DNA of 64,000 nt from Ruminococcus sp. (GCA_015066935.1 SVNK01000010.1:2159-66158), one strand, 5' to 3'. Shown: positions 7,870 to 18,961, counted from the first letter of the stretch. Numbers and translations are program-made. Notes: generated by a model not told the origin, from the letters alone.

Positions 7870-9162
7870 ATGAAAGAGACAAAATACTGGGTATGGCTCA
7901 CAATGGTTTTCGGTGTAGGGAACCAGCGTCTCTGGCAGGTGATGTCGTTGTATGAGAGGGCTTCGGACGCTTATAATTCAATGAAAAACGGTTATACAAA
8001 GCTGAGGTTCAGCAGTTCTGAGGCGAAAAATATAAGCAGCGTTTCACTGATGAAGGCGGATGAGTTTGTACAGGACTGTGTAAAAAGGGGGATAGAGCTT
8101 CTTTGCTACAGCGATGATGAATATCCTCAGACGCTGAGGCATATTTTCAATCCTCCTGCCGTACTTTATTGTGTCGGAGACATTACGTGTCTGAGAAATC
8201 GCAGAACGGTTACTGCCGTAGGAGCAAGAAAGGCTTCGTTCTACAGTGTTGAGGCGACTTCACGTATATGTCGTGAACTTGCGGAAAAGGGGATGCTTAT
8301 CGTAAGCGGATTTGCTATGGGAACCGATATATCCGCTCATCTTGCAGCGGCAAAATCAGGAAAACCGACAGTATGCGTCCTCGGATGCGGAGTTGATGTT
8401 GACTATCCGAAAGGACACCTCGGATACAGAAATATAATTCTTGCAAACGGCGGACTGTTTATATCGGAGTATCCGCCCGGAACTCCCGCATACGGACACA
8501 ATTTCCCCAAGAGAAATCGTATTCTTGCGGCTCTGGGACGTGTTACGCTGATTTTTGAGGCGTCAAGGAAAAGCGGTTCACTCATAACGGCAGGAATGTC
8601 AGCCGATCTTGGAAGAGAAGTGTTTGTTCTGCCGCCGGCGGATATATTCAGCGACAGCTTTGCAGGTAACTCGTACCTTATAAAAGAGGGAGCCCTGCCG
8701 CTTCTTGGCAGTGAGGATATACTGGAATGCTTCAGAGCAGGCGGATGTATAGATCTTGAAATACATTCCGAGGTTTATACAGGAATTAATGCATATATTT
8801 CGGAGGACGAGGAGGAAAATTCCGGTACGGAAAACCTCCGTACTGAGAAATACAGGATTACGGACAGCGGAAATGAAGATGAATCGGAAGAGTCTTCCGA
8901 CGAGTCGTTGATGAAAAATGACGCTGATGAAACAGAATCGGCGTCTGTACATAAATCAGAAGGAAACAAGGAATACTACGGAGAGCTTACGGATATGCAG
9001 AGAGAAATCGTCGGACTTCTTGAACGGGAGCGTCTCCATGCAGATGTTCTGTCGGAGAAGCTCGGAATCGACGCATCAGAGCTTATGACCGAGCTTACAG
9101 AGCTTGAGCTTGCAGGTGCGATAAAAGCACTTCCGGGCAAAATGTATGAAATAATCAGATAA
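7870..9162 (+). CDS. dprA: DNA-processing protein DprA (Smf) with acidic linker before the C-terminal winged helix
   Basis: The DprA Rossmann core is present (VSGFAMGTDISAH, FPKRNRILAAL). A D/E/S-rich insert follows, then the C-terminal segment LTELELAGAIKALPG. Confidence 0.85.
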   Translation: MKETKYWVWLTMVFGVGNQRLWQVMSLYERASDAYNSMKNGYTKLRFSSSEAKNISSVSLMKADEFVQDCVKRGIELLCYSDDEYPQTLRHIFNPPAVLYCVGDITCLRNRRTVTAVGARKASFYSVEATSRICRELAEKGMLIVSGFAMGTDISAHLAAAKSGKPTVCVLGCGVDVDYPKGHLGYRNIILANGGLFISEYPPGTPAYGHNFPKRNRILAALGRVTLIFEASRKSGSLITAGMSADLGREVFVLPPADIFSDSFAGNSYLIKEGALPLLGSEDILECFRAGGCIDLEIHSEVYTGINAYISEDEEENSGTENLRTEKYRITDSGNEDESEESSDESLMKNDADETESASVHKSEGNKEYYGELTDMQREIVGLLERERLHADVLSEKLGIDASELMTELTELELAGAIKALPGKMYEIIR

Positions 9163-9261
9163 TATTCAAGGCGGAATTGTTACGCCGAAAGACGATGCGA
9201 CGGACGATTACAGAAAAATCACGTCTGTTAGTGGAAAAGACAGGTAAGGGGTTATATATAG

Positions 9262-11343
9262 ATGTCAGATTTAGTCATAGTAGAGTCGCCTGCAAAGGCA
9301 AAAACAATACAGAAATATCTTGGACCGGGGTACGAAGTAATCGCATCAATGGGTCATGTAAGGGACCTTCCCAAGTCGAAGATGGGTGTAGATACCGAAA
9401 ACGACTTCCAGCCTCAGTATATTGATATGAAGGGTAAGGAGGATGTAATCCGTGAGCTGAAAAAGAGAGCCAAGAAGTGCGACAGAGTATTCCTCGCAAC
9501 CGACCCCGATAGAGAGGGAGAGGCAATTTCATGGCATATCGCACAGATGCTCAAGCTTGATATGGAGGCAAACAACCGTGTTGCGTTCAACGAAATCACC
9601 AAGTCAGGCGTAAAGAACGGAATGAACAATCCTCATAAAATAGATGTTGACCTTGTTAACGCTCAGCAGGCAAGACGTATTCTTGACAGACTTGTGGGCT
9701 ATGAGCTGAGTCCGTTTCTCTGGAAGAAGGTCAAGAGAGGACTTTCAGCAGGCAGAGTTCAGTCAGTTGCGGTTCGTCTTGTTGTTGACCGTGAGGAAGA
9801 AATACGCCGTTTTGTTCCGAAGGAGTACTGGTCTATTGACGCAAAATTCATTGCTCCGGGATCGAGAAAGGTGTTTGATGCGTCACTTGCACTTGTTGAC
9901 GGAAAAAAGTTTGAAATTGCCGACAAGACAGCTGCGGATGAGCTTCTAAGCCGTCTTGAAAATGCGGAATACTCCGTAAAATTGGTCAGAAAGCGTGTCA
10001 CGAAGAAACAGCCGGCACCTCCGTTTATTACTTCGACTCTCCAGCAGGAGGCTTCAAAGAAGCTTGGTTTCAGTGCAAAGCGTACCATGAAGGCAGCTCA
10101 GGAGCTTTATGAAGGTGTTGACGTACAGGGCGTGGGAGCAGTTGGTCTTATCACATACATGAGAACAGACAGCCTGCGTATTTCTGACGAGGCAAAGGCT
10201 GCTGCCGCTGATTACATCAGAACGGTATACGGAGAGAAATACCTCCCCGATGCACCGAGAAACTACAAATCAAAGAATAATGCTCAGGATGCACATGAGG
10301 CGATTCGTCCCTCTACTTCAGAGCTTACTCCCGAGCGTGTAAAGTCGAGTCTTACAACCGACCAGTTCAAGCTCTACAAGCTTATCTGGGAGCGTTTTAT
10401 CGCAAGTCAGATGGCAAATGCACTCCTTGATACGGTATCTGTGGATATTGAGGCTAACGACTGTATTTTCAGAGCGTCGGGATATTCGGTGAAATTCGAC
10501 GGCTTTATGGTGCTTTACGTGGAGACTGCCGATAACGGCGAGGAGAACAAGAAGATGCTCCCCGAGCTTGCAGCAGGAGATAAGCTCAAGCTCAAGTCTA
10601 TCGGCGGAAATCAGCATTTTACCCAGCCTCCCGCACGATATACGGAAGCTTCGCTCATCAAGGCTCTTGAAGAAAACGGAATCGGCAGACCAAGTACCTA
10701 CGCTCCGACTATAACAACAATCACTGCACGCCGTTACGTTGAGCATGAAGGTAAAACTTTAAAGCCGACAAATCTCGGCGAAGTAATTACAGAGCTTATG
10801 AAGGACCACTTCAGGAAAATTGTTGACGCCAAGTTCACAGCCGATATGGAAAACAATCTTGATGATGTCGAGCACGGTACGAAGAACTGGGTCAGCACAC
10901 TCCATGAATTTTATGATGATTTCTCGGAAACGCTCAAAAAAGCCGAGGAAGCCATGGACGGAAAGCGTGTGAAGGTTCCCGACGAGGAGACCGATATTGT
11001 CTGCGAGCTTTGCGGAAGAAACATGGTCATCAAGTACAGCAAATACGGAAAATTCATTGCATGTCCGGGATTTCCCGAGTGCAAGAATACAAAGAAAATC
11101 GTTACGGAAACCGAGGGCGAATGTCCGAAATGCGGCAAGAAAATGCTGCTTAAGAAGTCAAAGAAGGGCAGAAGCTTCTATGGCTGCGAGGGCTATCCCG
11201 ACTGCGGTTTCATGACATGGAACGTCCCTGTAGGCGACAAGTGTCCGGATTGCGGAAAATCACTCTTCATGAAGGGCGGAAAATCAGGCAGACTCGTCTG
11301 TGAAAACGAGGGCTGCGGCTACGAAAGAGAGCTGAAAAAATGA
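9262..11343 (+). CDS. topA: DNA topoisomerase I
   Basis: It has a Toprim start (LVIVESPAKAKTIQKYLG), the active-site region YMRTDS and C-terminal Cys4 zinc ribbons. Confidence 0.95.
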   Translation: MSDLVIVESPAKAKTIQKYLGPGYEVIASMGHVRDLPKSKMGVDTENDFQPQYIDMKGKEDVIRELKKRAKKCDRVFLATDPDREGEAISWHIAQMLKLDMEANNRVAFNEITKSGVKNGMNNPHKIDVDLVNAQQARRILDRLVGYELSPFLWKKVKRGLSAGRVQSVAVRLVVDREEEIRRFVPKEYWSIDAKFIAPGSRKVFDASLALVDGKKFEIADKTAADELLSRLENAEYSVKLVRKRVTKKQPAPPFITSTLQQEASKKLGFSAKRTMKAAQELYEGVDVQGVGAVGLITYMRTDSLRISDEAKAAAADYIRTVYGEKYLPDAPRNYKSKNNAQDAHEAIRPSTSELTPERVKSSLTTDQFKLYKLIWERFIASQMANALLDTVSVDIEANDCIFRASGYSVKFDGFMVLYVETADNGEENKKMLPELAAGDKLKLKSIGGNQHFTQPPARYTEASLIKALEENGIGRPSTYAPTITTITARRYVEHEGKTLKPTNLGEVITELMKDHFRKIVDAKFTADMENNLDDVEHGTKNWVSTLHEFYDDFSETLKKAEEAMDGKRVKVPDEETDIVCELCGRNMVIKYSKYGKFIACPGFPECKNTKKIVTETEGECPKCGKKMLLKKSKKGRSFYGCEGYPDCGFMTWNVPVGDKCPDCGKSLFMKGGKSGRLVCENEGCGYERELKK

Positions 11344-12668
11344 ACGTAGTCGTAAATGTAATCGGTGCCGGACTCGCAGGCTGCGAGGCAGCGTGGATAA
11401 TTGCGGAAAACGGCATAAACGTCCGTCTTTTTGAAATGAAGCCGGAGAAGTATTCTCCTGCACATAAATACAGCGGCTTTGCAGAGCTGGTATGCTCAAA
11501 TTCCCTTAAAGCCGCAAGACTTGAGTCGTCTGCAGGTCTGCTCAAGTACGAAATGGAGCTGCTCGGTTCACTGACAGTTCCCTGTGCAAAGGAGAATTCA
11601 GTTGAAGCAGGCGGTGCGCTTGCAGTGGACAGAGAGAAATTCTCCGATGCGGTAACGGCAAAAATAAATTCACATCCTCTTATCGAGGTTATCGGCGGTG
11701 AGGTTGCGGAGCTTCCCGACGGTTATACAATTATCGCAACAGGTCCCCTTACATCGGGGGCAATGGCTGAAAGAATCCGTGAGCTTTGCGGCGAGGGACT
11801 CAGCTTCTATGATGCGGCAGCTCCCATTGTGACATATGAAAGTCTTGACAAGGAGAAGGTTTTCTTTGCGTCACGGTACGACAGGGGAGAGGCAGACTAT
11901 GTAAATTGTCCCATGAATAAGGAAGAATACCTTGCGTTTCATAGTGCACTCCTTTCAGCGGAGAAGGTTCAGCTCCACGATTTTGAAACTCATCCTTTCA
12001 GCGTTTATGAGGGCTGTATGCCGATTGAGGAGCTTGCTTCCCGAGGCGTAGACACAATGCGTTTCGGCCCCATGAAGCCCGTGGGAATCACCGATGCAAA
12101 GACGGGCAGACGACCTTATGCAGTGGTACAGCTCAGACGTGAGAATCGTGAGGGAACACTGTTCAATCTTGTCGGCTTCCAGACAAATCTTAAATTCGGC
12201 GAGCAGAAGCGTGTATTCTCAATGATACCCGGACTTGAAAATGCTGAATTCATGCGTTACGGCGTTATGCACAGGAATACTTTTATCAACAGTCCCGTTC
12301 TTCTGAATTCTGATTTTTCAATGCGTGAGCATCCTGAAATCTATTTTGCGGGACAGATTACGGGTGTCGAGGGATATATGGAGTCGGCAGCAAGCGGACT
12401 TCTTGCAGGTATTGCACTTTCACGGAAGATAAAAGGTCTTGAACCACTGAAACTTCCTTTGGATACAATGACAGGAGCACTCAGCGCATACATAAGCGAC
12501 CCGTACAACAATGGGAAATTCCAGCCAATGGGTGCAAATATGGGGATACTTCCCGACATCGGCAGACGTATCAAGGACAAAAAAGAACGATACGGAGCCT
12601 ATGCCGAGCGTGCGGTGGAGTCACTGAAAAATGAAATGGAGAGGATAGGCTATGAAAATAATCGTTGA
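11340..12668 (+). CDS. trmFO: Methylenetetrahydrofolate--tRNA-(uracil54-C5)-methyltransferase
   Basis: An FAD motif, VIGAGLAGCEAAW, is present. The ATGA overlaps the topA stop. Confidence 0.9.
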   Translation: MNVVVNVIGAGLAGCEAAWIIAENGINVRLFEMKPEKYSPAHKYSGFAELVCSNSLKAARLESSAGLLKYEMELLGSLTVPCAKENSVEAGGALAVDREKFSDAVTAKINSHPLIEVIGGEVAELPDGYTIIATGPLTSGAMAERIRELCGEGLSFYDAAAPIVTYESLDKEKVFFASRYDRGEADYVNCPMNKEEYLAFHSALLSAEKVQLHDFETHPFSVYEGCMPIEELASRGVDTMRFGPMKPVGITDAKTGRRPYAVVQLRRENREGTLFNLVGFQTNLKFGEQKRVFSMIPGLENAEFMRYGVMHRNTFINSPVLLNSDFSMREHPEIYFAGQITGVEGYMESAASGLLAGIALSRKIKGLEPLKLPLDTMTGALSAYISDPYNNGKFQPMGANMGILPDIGRRIKDKKERYGAYAERAVESLKNEMERIGYENNR

Positions 12669-13653
12669 TGCTTTTGGCGGAGACAATGCACCGCTTGAAG
12701 TTATAAAGGGCTGTGCCCGTGCCGTTAAGGAACTTGACGTTAATATTATCCTCACAGGAAGCGAAGAAAAAATCAGAAAATGCGCTTCTGAAAACGGAAT
12801 AAGTCTCAATGGAATTGACATTGCACATACGGACAATGTTTTTGATATACATGAGGAGCCTAAGGAAATCGTAAAATCGGGCAAGAATTCATCTATGGGA
12901 CTCGGACTTTCACTCCTTGCAGAGGGAAAGGGTGACGCCTTTGTTTCAGCAGGAAGCACCGGAGCTCTTGTAATGGGAGCAACATTCATAGTCAAGCGTA
13001 TCAAGGGTATCAAGAGAATAGCTCCGTCACCGATTCTGCCTGCTGATAAGGGAAGTCTGATTCTGCTTGATGCAGGTGCGAATACGGAGTGCCGTCCTGA
13101 AATGCTTGTACAGTTTGCAGTAATGGGAAGCGCCTACATGGAAAAGGTTATGGGTGTAAAGAATCCTAAGGTAGGTCTGCTCAATATCGGTGCAGAGGAG
13201 ACAAAGGGCAGAGAACTTGAAATCGGCTCATACAGTCTGCTGAAAGAATCGGGACTCAATTTTATCGGAAATATCGAGGCAAGAGATATTCCCACAGGTG
13301 AATGTCAGGTTGTTGTAACCGACGGCTTTACCGGAAATATCGTACTCAAGCTGTACGAAGGCATGGGAAGCTTCTTTGCAAGAAAGCTTAAGTGGATATT
13401 CTCGGGAGCAGGCAAGATAGGCGCAGTGTTCTCGCTTGGAAAAATCAAAGCTTTCAAGAAGCAGATGGACTATAAAGAGGTCGGAGGTTCTGTGCTGCTG
13501 GGCGTTAAGAAGCCTGTAATCAAGGCGCACGGAAGTTCTGATTCAACGGCGTTCTTCAATGCCGTAAGACAGGCAAAACGCTGCATCGAAACAGATGTGA
13601 CAGGCGGTATCGAAAGCTACGTTGCAGGACTTTCCGTAATTGATGAGGAGTAA
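12652..13653 (+). CDS. plsX: Phosphate acyltransferase PlsX
   Basis: MKIIVDAFGGDNAP.., about 333 aa. Confidence 0.9.
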   Translation: MKIIVDAFGGDNAPLEVIKGCARAVKELDVNIILTGSEEKIRKCASENGISLNGIDIAHTDNVFDIHEEPKEIVKSGKNSSMGLGLSLLAEGKGDAFVSAGSTGALVMGATFIVKRIKGIKRIAPSPILPADKGSLILLDAGANTECRPEMLVQFAVMGSAYMEKVMGVKNPKVGLLNIGAEETKGRELEIGSYSLLKESGLNFIGNIEARDIPTGECQVVVTDGFTGNIVLKLYEGMGSFFARKLKWIFSGAGKIGAVFSLGKIKAFKKQMDYKEVGGSVLLGVKKPVIKAHGSSDSTAFFNAVRQAKRCIETDVTGGIESYVAGLSVIDEE

Positions 13654-13656
13654 AAA

Positions 13657-14343
13657 ATGGAAAATATAAGCAAGCTTGAAGAGCTGATAGGCTACAGCTT
13701 CAAAAACAAGGAGCTTCTGAAGCACGCTCTTTCACATTCATCATATGCCAACGAAAGAAAAATTCATGGCGGAAGCAATGAACGTCTTGAATTTCTTGGA
13801 GACAGCGTACTTTCGATAGTCGTGTCGGACTATCTCTACAAGAATATGAATGTTGCGGAGGGCGAACTGACAAAAATCCGTGCCTCTCTTGTTTGTGAAA
13901 AGTCACTTCACATCTTTGCGACGCAGATTAACCTCGGTGACTTCATGAGACTCGGAAAAGGCGAGGAGAATACGGGAGGCAGAGAGCGTCCATCAATTCT
14001 TGCCGACGCATTTGAAGCTGTTATTGCAGCAATTTATCTCGACGGCGGAATGGAGGCTGCGGCAAAGCATATCCTTCGTTTCATGCCTGAAAATATCATA
14101 GAGGCAAAAAAGCCTGTTTTCAGTGACTTCAAAACCGTTCTTCAGGAGATTGTGCAGAAAAATCCCGAAGAAAAGGTTGAATATGTCCTCATAGGAGAGG
14201 AAGGACCTGACCACAACAAGCGTTTTGTAGTTGAAGTGTGTCTTAATTCGCAGGTTATAGGCAAGGGCAAGGGCAGAAGCAAAAAGGAAGCAGAGCAGCT
14301 TGCCGCCAAGGAAGCGCTGGAGCTTATGGGCTATGAAGCATAG
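13657..14343 (+). CDS. rnc: Ribonuclease III
   Basis: The signature ERLEFLGDSVL is present, with a C-terminal dsRBD (GKGRSKKEAEQLAAKEAL). Confidence 0.95.
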   Translation: MENISKLEELIGYSFKNKELLKHALSHSSYANERKIHGGSNERLEFLGDSVLSIVVSDYLYKNMNVAEGELTKIRASLVCEKSLHIFATQINLGDFMRLGKGEENTGGRERPSILADAFEAVIAAIYLDGGMEAAAKHILRFMPENIIEAKKPVFSDFKTVLQEIVQKNPEEKVEYVLIGEEGPDHNKRFVVEVCLNSQVIGKGKGRSKKEAEQLAAKEALELMGYEA

Positions 14344-15331
14344 TAACATTTCGATTTTTGTGCCGCATACAGGATGTCCGCACCTTTGCAGCTTCTGTAA
14401 TCAGAGGACAATAAGCGGTGTTCAGCACGCTCCGACGGGCGACGAGGTAAGACGTATCTGTGAAAAGGCTCTTAAAGAGGTAAAGTCTCCTGAAAATACC
14501 GAGATTGCCTTTTTCGGAGGAAGCTTCACGGCGATTCCCGAGGATTATATGCTGGAGCTTCTTGAAGCAGCATCGGATTATGTCAGAAAGAGAGAATTCA
14601 GAGGGATACGTATATCAACACGTCCCGACTGCATAAATGAACGGATTCTTGATACTCTTGCTGAATACAGAGTCACATCAATCGAGCTTGGAGCACAGTC
14701 GATGTGTGACCATGTTCTTGAAGCGAATGAGAGAGGACACTCCGTACAGGATGTTTACGGTTCGTGTGCGCTTATACGGGAATACGAATTTGAGCTGGGA
14801 CTCCAGACAATGATAGGTCTGTATGGCAGTACTCCCGAAGACGAGCTTGAAACAATGCACAGAATACTTGATATAGCTCCCGATACGCTGAGGATTTACC
14901 CTGTTGTTATACTCAGGGGAACAAGACTCGGAGAGCTTTATGAGTCGGGAGAATATGTTCCTTACAGTTTTGAAAAGGCAGTAGAACTTGCCGCAAGTGC
15001 AATGATAATGGCTGAGGGAAGCGGAATCCGTGTGATAAAATGCGGACTTCATGCAAGTGAGTTTGTAGAGCGTGATATGCTGGGAGGCTTTTATCATCCC
15101 GCATTCAGAGAGCTTTGCGAGGGAATGATTTTCCGCTATAATATGGAGTTTGCACTGAAATCGGCAGGGATTACAGATGGTGAAGTGACATTCTCCGTTA
15201 ATCCGTCCTGCATAAGCAAGGCGTTGGGACATAAAAAATCGAATACAGAATATTTCAGAAAGCGTGGAATCGTCGTGAGGATTACTGCTGACGAGACTGC
15301 GGAAAAATATCAGACTGAACTCAGGAGGTGA
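14333..15331 (+). CDS. Radical SAM protein of unknown role, conserved between rnc and smc
   Basis: A CxxxCxxC motif (CPHLCSFC) sits near the N-terminus. The ATG at 14333 overlaps the rnc stop. Confidence 0.7.
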   Translation: MKHSNISIFVPHTGCPHLCSFCNQRTISGVQHAPTGDEVRRICEKALKEVKSPENTEIAFFGGSFTAIPEDYMLELLEAASDYVRKREFRGIRISTRPDCINERILDTLAEYRVTSIELGAQSMCDHVLEANERGHSVQDVYGSCALIREYEFELGLQTMIGLYGSTPEDELETMHRILDIAPDTLRIYPVVILRGTRLGELYESGEYVPYSFEKAVELAASAMIMAEGSGIRVIKCGLHASEFVERDMLGGFYHPAFRELCEGMIFRYNMEFALKSAGITDGEVTFSVNPSCISKALGHKKSNTEYFRKRGIVVRITADETAEKYQTELRR

Positions 15332-15335
15332 AGCG

Positions 15336-18300
15336 GTGTATCTTAAATCATTGGAAATACAGGGATTCAAGTCTTTTCCCGATAAAATAAGCCTGACCTT
15401 CGACAAAGGTCTTACGGCAGTTGTAGGTCCTAACGGCAGCGGAAAAAGTAATATCGGCGATTCTGTTCGCTGGGTTCTCGGAGAACAGTCAACAAAGACA
15501 CTCAGAGGAAACAAGATGGAGGACGTTATTTTTTCCGGTACTGTTGCAAGAAAGGCTATGGGATTTGCCGCAGTTACACTCAATATTGATAATTCCGACG
15601 GTATACTTGCAGATATGGGCGATGAGGTTGCCATAACGAGAAAGCTCTACCGCAGCGGTGAGAGTGAGTATATGATAAACGGAAAGAATTGCCGTCTGAA
15701 GGACATAAACGAGCTTTTCATGGATACGGGACTCGGTCGTGACGGCTATTCGATAATCGGACAGGGAAGAATCGCTGAAATCGTAGGTGCGAAAAGCAGT
15801 GAACGCCGTGATATTTTCGAGGAAGCCGCAGGAATCTCGAAATTCCGATACAAGAAGCTTGAAGCGGAGCGAAAGCTCAGTGCGGCACAGGAAAACCTTG
15901 TGCGTCTGACGGACATCGTTTCGGAACTTGAAAGCAGAGTAGAGCCTCTGCGTATACAGTCACAGAAAGCGGAAAAATTCATAAAGCTTGCGGAGGAACG
16001 CAAAAGACTGGAAATTTCCGTGTGGGTGAATCGTCTTGACGAGCTGAAGGCGAAGCTTGAATCGCTTGATGAAAAGATTCTTGTAAGCCGTAATGAATAT
16101 GAAAATATCGAAAACGACATACAGCGTGAGGAACAGAAAATAGGGGACGGCTACCGCAGAATGCAGGAAAGTACGCTCCGTTCCGACGAGCTGAGAAGAA
16201 AAATGCTTGAGGAGGAGCAGTCGGCATCCGACATCAAATCGGGAATAGCCGTTTTTGAGAACGACATCCGTCACTGTGAAGAAGCAATCGAGTCAGCAAA
16301 ACGCAGCATGGAAAGTTCTGAGGAGACAAAGGCTGAACTCGTCAGAGAGAAGGCAGAGGCAGAGGAAAAGCTGGCTGAGCTTAACAGATGCCGTGAAGAA
16401 ATTGCAGCTGAAATCTCTGAGACGGAAGCACAGTTTGAACTGGCTGAAAGCGAAAGTGCAAAGCTCGGAAACAGCGTCGATAAGGCAGGCGGTGAAATCA
16501 ACAGTCTGTACATCAGACAGAGTGAATACCGTTTTGCCTGCGAATCGGCAAAAACTCAGATAAATGAGGAGAACAGCCGTCTGGATGAGCTTCGCCGTGA
16601 CAGCGGCGATATTTCGGAAAAGCTTGCGGAATACAGTGAAAAAATTTCCGCAGCTCATGCTGAAACCGAGAAGAATGCTGAAAAAAATCTTGAACTGAAA
16701 AACAGACTCAGTGGTCTGGAGCGACTTTACGGTTCCAGAAAAGACAGCTTTGAAAAGGCTAAAAGCGACTTCGAAAGTGTTATATATGAACTCAAAGACA
16801 AGCAGCAGCGCAGAAAAATCCTCACAGACCTTGAAAACAGTCTTGAAGGCTTTGCAGGGAGCGTAAAGCTTGTGCTGCGTGCCGGAAAGCAGGGCAGACT
16901 AAGTGGAATCTGCGGAACTGTCGCACAGAATATCAGCGTTGAACCGCAGTATGCCGTAGCTGTCGAAACAGCTCTGGGAGGTGCGATGCAGAATATCATC
17001 GTTGAAAACGAGGATGCTGCAAAACGCTGTATCGGTTTCCTCAAGGAGCAGCGTGGAGGACGTGCGACATTCCTGCCCATAACCTCGGTAAAGGGCAGCG
17101 AGCTTCGTGAAAACGGAATCGAAAACTGCGAGGGCTACGTTGCAAGAGCAAACGAGATAGTGACCTTTGACCCGAAATTCAGCGGAATTATTGCTTCACT
17201 TCTCGGAAGAATCGTAATCGCTGAGGACATCAATACTGCAACGGTGATTGCAAAGAAATACGGGTACAAATTCAGAATCGTCACACTTGACGGTCAGGTT
17301 ATAAATGCGGGAGGTTCGTTTACAGGAGGTTCCGCACAGAAATCGGGAGGAATGATTACCCGAAAGAATGAGCTTGATACGCTTGCGTCTGAAATCACAG
17401 ACCTAGAGAATAAGCGTGACGAGCTTCGCAGTAATGCCGAGAAACTCCGTGCAGCAGCGGAAAAACTCCGTTATGACACCGAAGCTGCCCGTGATGAGCT
17501 TGCACAGTGCGAGGCGGACGGAGTCCGTATAAAAGCGGAGCTTTCAAGTCTTGAAGCACTTATGGAGCAGATGAAGGCACAGTCGGAAAACTCGGAGCGT
17601 TTTGTTGCGGAAGCAGAGCAGAGAATTGCTGCTGCGGAAAAGACAATCGAGGAATCCGAGAAAGCCTATGAGGAAACGGCAGAGCTTATCCGTCAGGCAG
17701 AGGAAAAGCTTGCACAGGGACAGGATGTCCGTGAGAAGCTTCGTCTCAGACGTGCCGAGCTTTCAGAGGAGCTTTCTCAGCTAAGAATAAAGAGCATAGG
17801 AATCGACAAGGATATAAGTGCGCAGGAGCTTGAAATTGACCGCATTTCAAGGTCGGTTGAGGAGCTTAAAAGCGGCAGACAGCGTTTTGAGGATGAAATT
17901 GCAAATCAGCAGAACATTATTGCTGCAAAACGTGAGGAAATTGCCGGACTCCGTGAAACACTTGAAAGCTTCAAGGACAATACCGAGACATATCTTGAAC
18001 AGATCAAACGCTGTCAGGAGATTCATACCGAGCAGACACGTCTTGTAAACGAATTGCAGAAGGGTCTGAAGCAGATAAACGAGGCAAAGGAAAAGCTTTC
18101 GGGCGAGATAACACGTCTTGAGGAGCGTCGTGAATCGGTCTGCCGGGATACGGATGTTATTATCCGTCAGCTTATGGAGGTCTACGAGCTTACACGTTCA
18201 GAGGCTGTTGCGATTGCGGAAAAGCTTGATGATATGGCAGAGGCACAGCGTCAGCTGACCGATGTCAAGAACAAAATCCGTGCGTTGGGCAACGTAAACG

Positions 18301-18908
18301 TGGAAGCTATCGAGGAATACCGTGAGGTTTCTGAGCGATATAAATTCATGTCGGAGCAGATTGCCGATGTACAGCGTTCGAAGAGCGAGCTTGAAAAGAT
18401 AATCGGAGGACTTACGGAAGAAATGTGCCGTATTTTCACTGAAAGCTTCGCAATAATCAATGCCAATTTCAAGCAGATTTTCGTTGAGCTTTTTGGCGGA
18501 GGCAAGGCTGAGCTTATCCTCACAGACCCCGAAAACGTCCTTGAATCGGGCATAGAAATCAGTGTAGCGCCTCCCGGAAAGGTCATCAAGAATCTTATTT
18601 CGCTTTCAGGAGGAGAGCAGTCGTTTGTTGCGATTGCGATTTATTTTGCTATACTGAAACTCCGTCCTGCACCGTTCTGTATTCTTGACGAAATTGACGC
18701 CGCACTCGACGAGGTAAACGTAAGAAAATACGCTCAGTACCTCAAGAAGTTTACAGATACAACACAGTTTGTCCTCGTAACGCACAGACGAAGTGCGATG
18801 GAGGAGGCAAGCGTCCTTTACGGCGTAACAATGCAGGAGGACGGCATTTCAAAGCTTCTGAAAATGGAACAGGTTGATTTTCAGGAGGACATAGCAGACA
18901 TACAATAA
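15336..18908 (+). CDS. smc: Chromosome segregation protein SMC
   Basis: 1190 aa with Walker A GPNGSGKSN, long coiled coils, a hinge, LSGGE and Walker B ILDEIDAALD. Confidence 0.95.
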   Translation: MYLKSLEIQGFKSFPDKISLTFDKGLTAVVGPNGSGKSNIGDSVRWVLGEQSTKTLRGNKMEDVIFSGTVARKAMGFAAVTLNIDNSDGILADMGDEVAITRKLYRSGESEYMINGKNCRLKDINELFMDTGLGRDGYSIIGQGRIAEIVGAKSSERRDIFEEAAGISKFRYKKLEAERKLSAAQENLVRLTDIVSELESRVEPLRIQSQKAEKFIKLAEERKRLEISVWVNRLDELKAKLESLDEKILVSRNEYENIENDIQREEQKIGDGYRRMQESTLRSDELRRKMLEEEQSASDIKSGIAVFENDIRHCEEAIESAKRSMESSEETKAELVREKAEAEEKLAELNRCREEIAAEISETEAQFELAESESAKLGNSVDKAGGEINSLYIRQSEYRFACESAKTQINEENSRLDELRRDSGDISEKLAEYSEKISAAHAETEKNAEKNLELKNRLSGLERLYGSRKDSFEKAKSDFESVIYELKDKQQRRKILTDLENSLEGFAGSVKLVLRAGKQGRLSGICGTVAQNISVEPQYAVAVETALGGAMQNIIVENEDAAKRCIGFLKEQRGGRATFLPITSVKGSELRENGIENCEGYVARANEIVTFDPKFSGIIASLLGRIVIAEDINTATVIAKKYGYKFRIVTLDGQVINAGGSFTGGSAQKSGGMITRKNELDTLASEITDLENKRDELRSNAEKLRAAAEKLRYDTEAARDELAQCEADGVRIKAELSSLEALMEQMKAQSENSERFVAEAEQRIAAAEKTIEESEKAYEETAELIRQAEEKLAQGQDVREKLRLRRAELSEELSQLRIKSIGIDKDISAQELEIDRISRSVEELKSGRQRFEDEIANQQNIIAAKREEIAGLRETLESFKDNTETYLEQIKRCQEIHTEQTRLVNELQKGLKQINEAKEKLSGEITRLEERRESVCRDTDVIIRQLMEVYELTRSEAVAIAEKLDDMAEAQRQLTDVKNKIRALGNVNVEAIEEYREVSERYKFMSEQIADVQRSKSELEKIIGGLTEEMCRIFTESFAIINANFKQIFVELFGGGKAELILTDPENVLESGIEISVAPPGKVIKNLISLSGGEQSFVAIAIYFAILKLRPAPFCILDEIDAALDEVNVRKYAQYLKKFTDTTQFVLVTHRRSAMEEASVLYGVTMQEDGISKLLKMEQVDFQEDIADIQ

Positions 18909-18961
18909 ACGTGAATCCTGAGGGTTTCACATTACATACAGGTACCTGAACGGAGGGTGTT

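Noticed and set aside
14678-15634. 318-aa ORF on the minus strand, antisense to the radical SAM gene and the start of smc.
   Set aside because: It fully overlaps two strongly supported plus-strand genes. Its composition is S/L/F/C-rich and typical of antisense frames, and it has no motifs.
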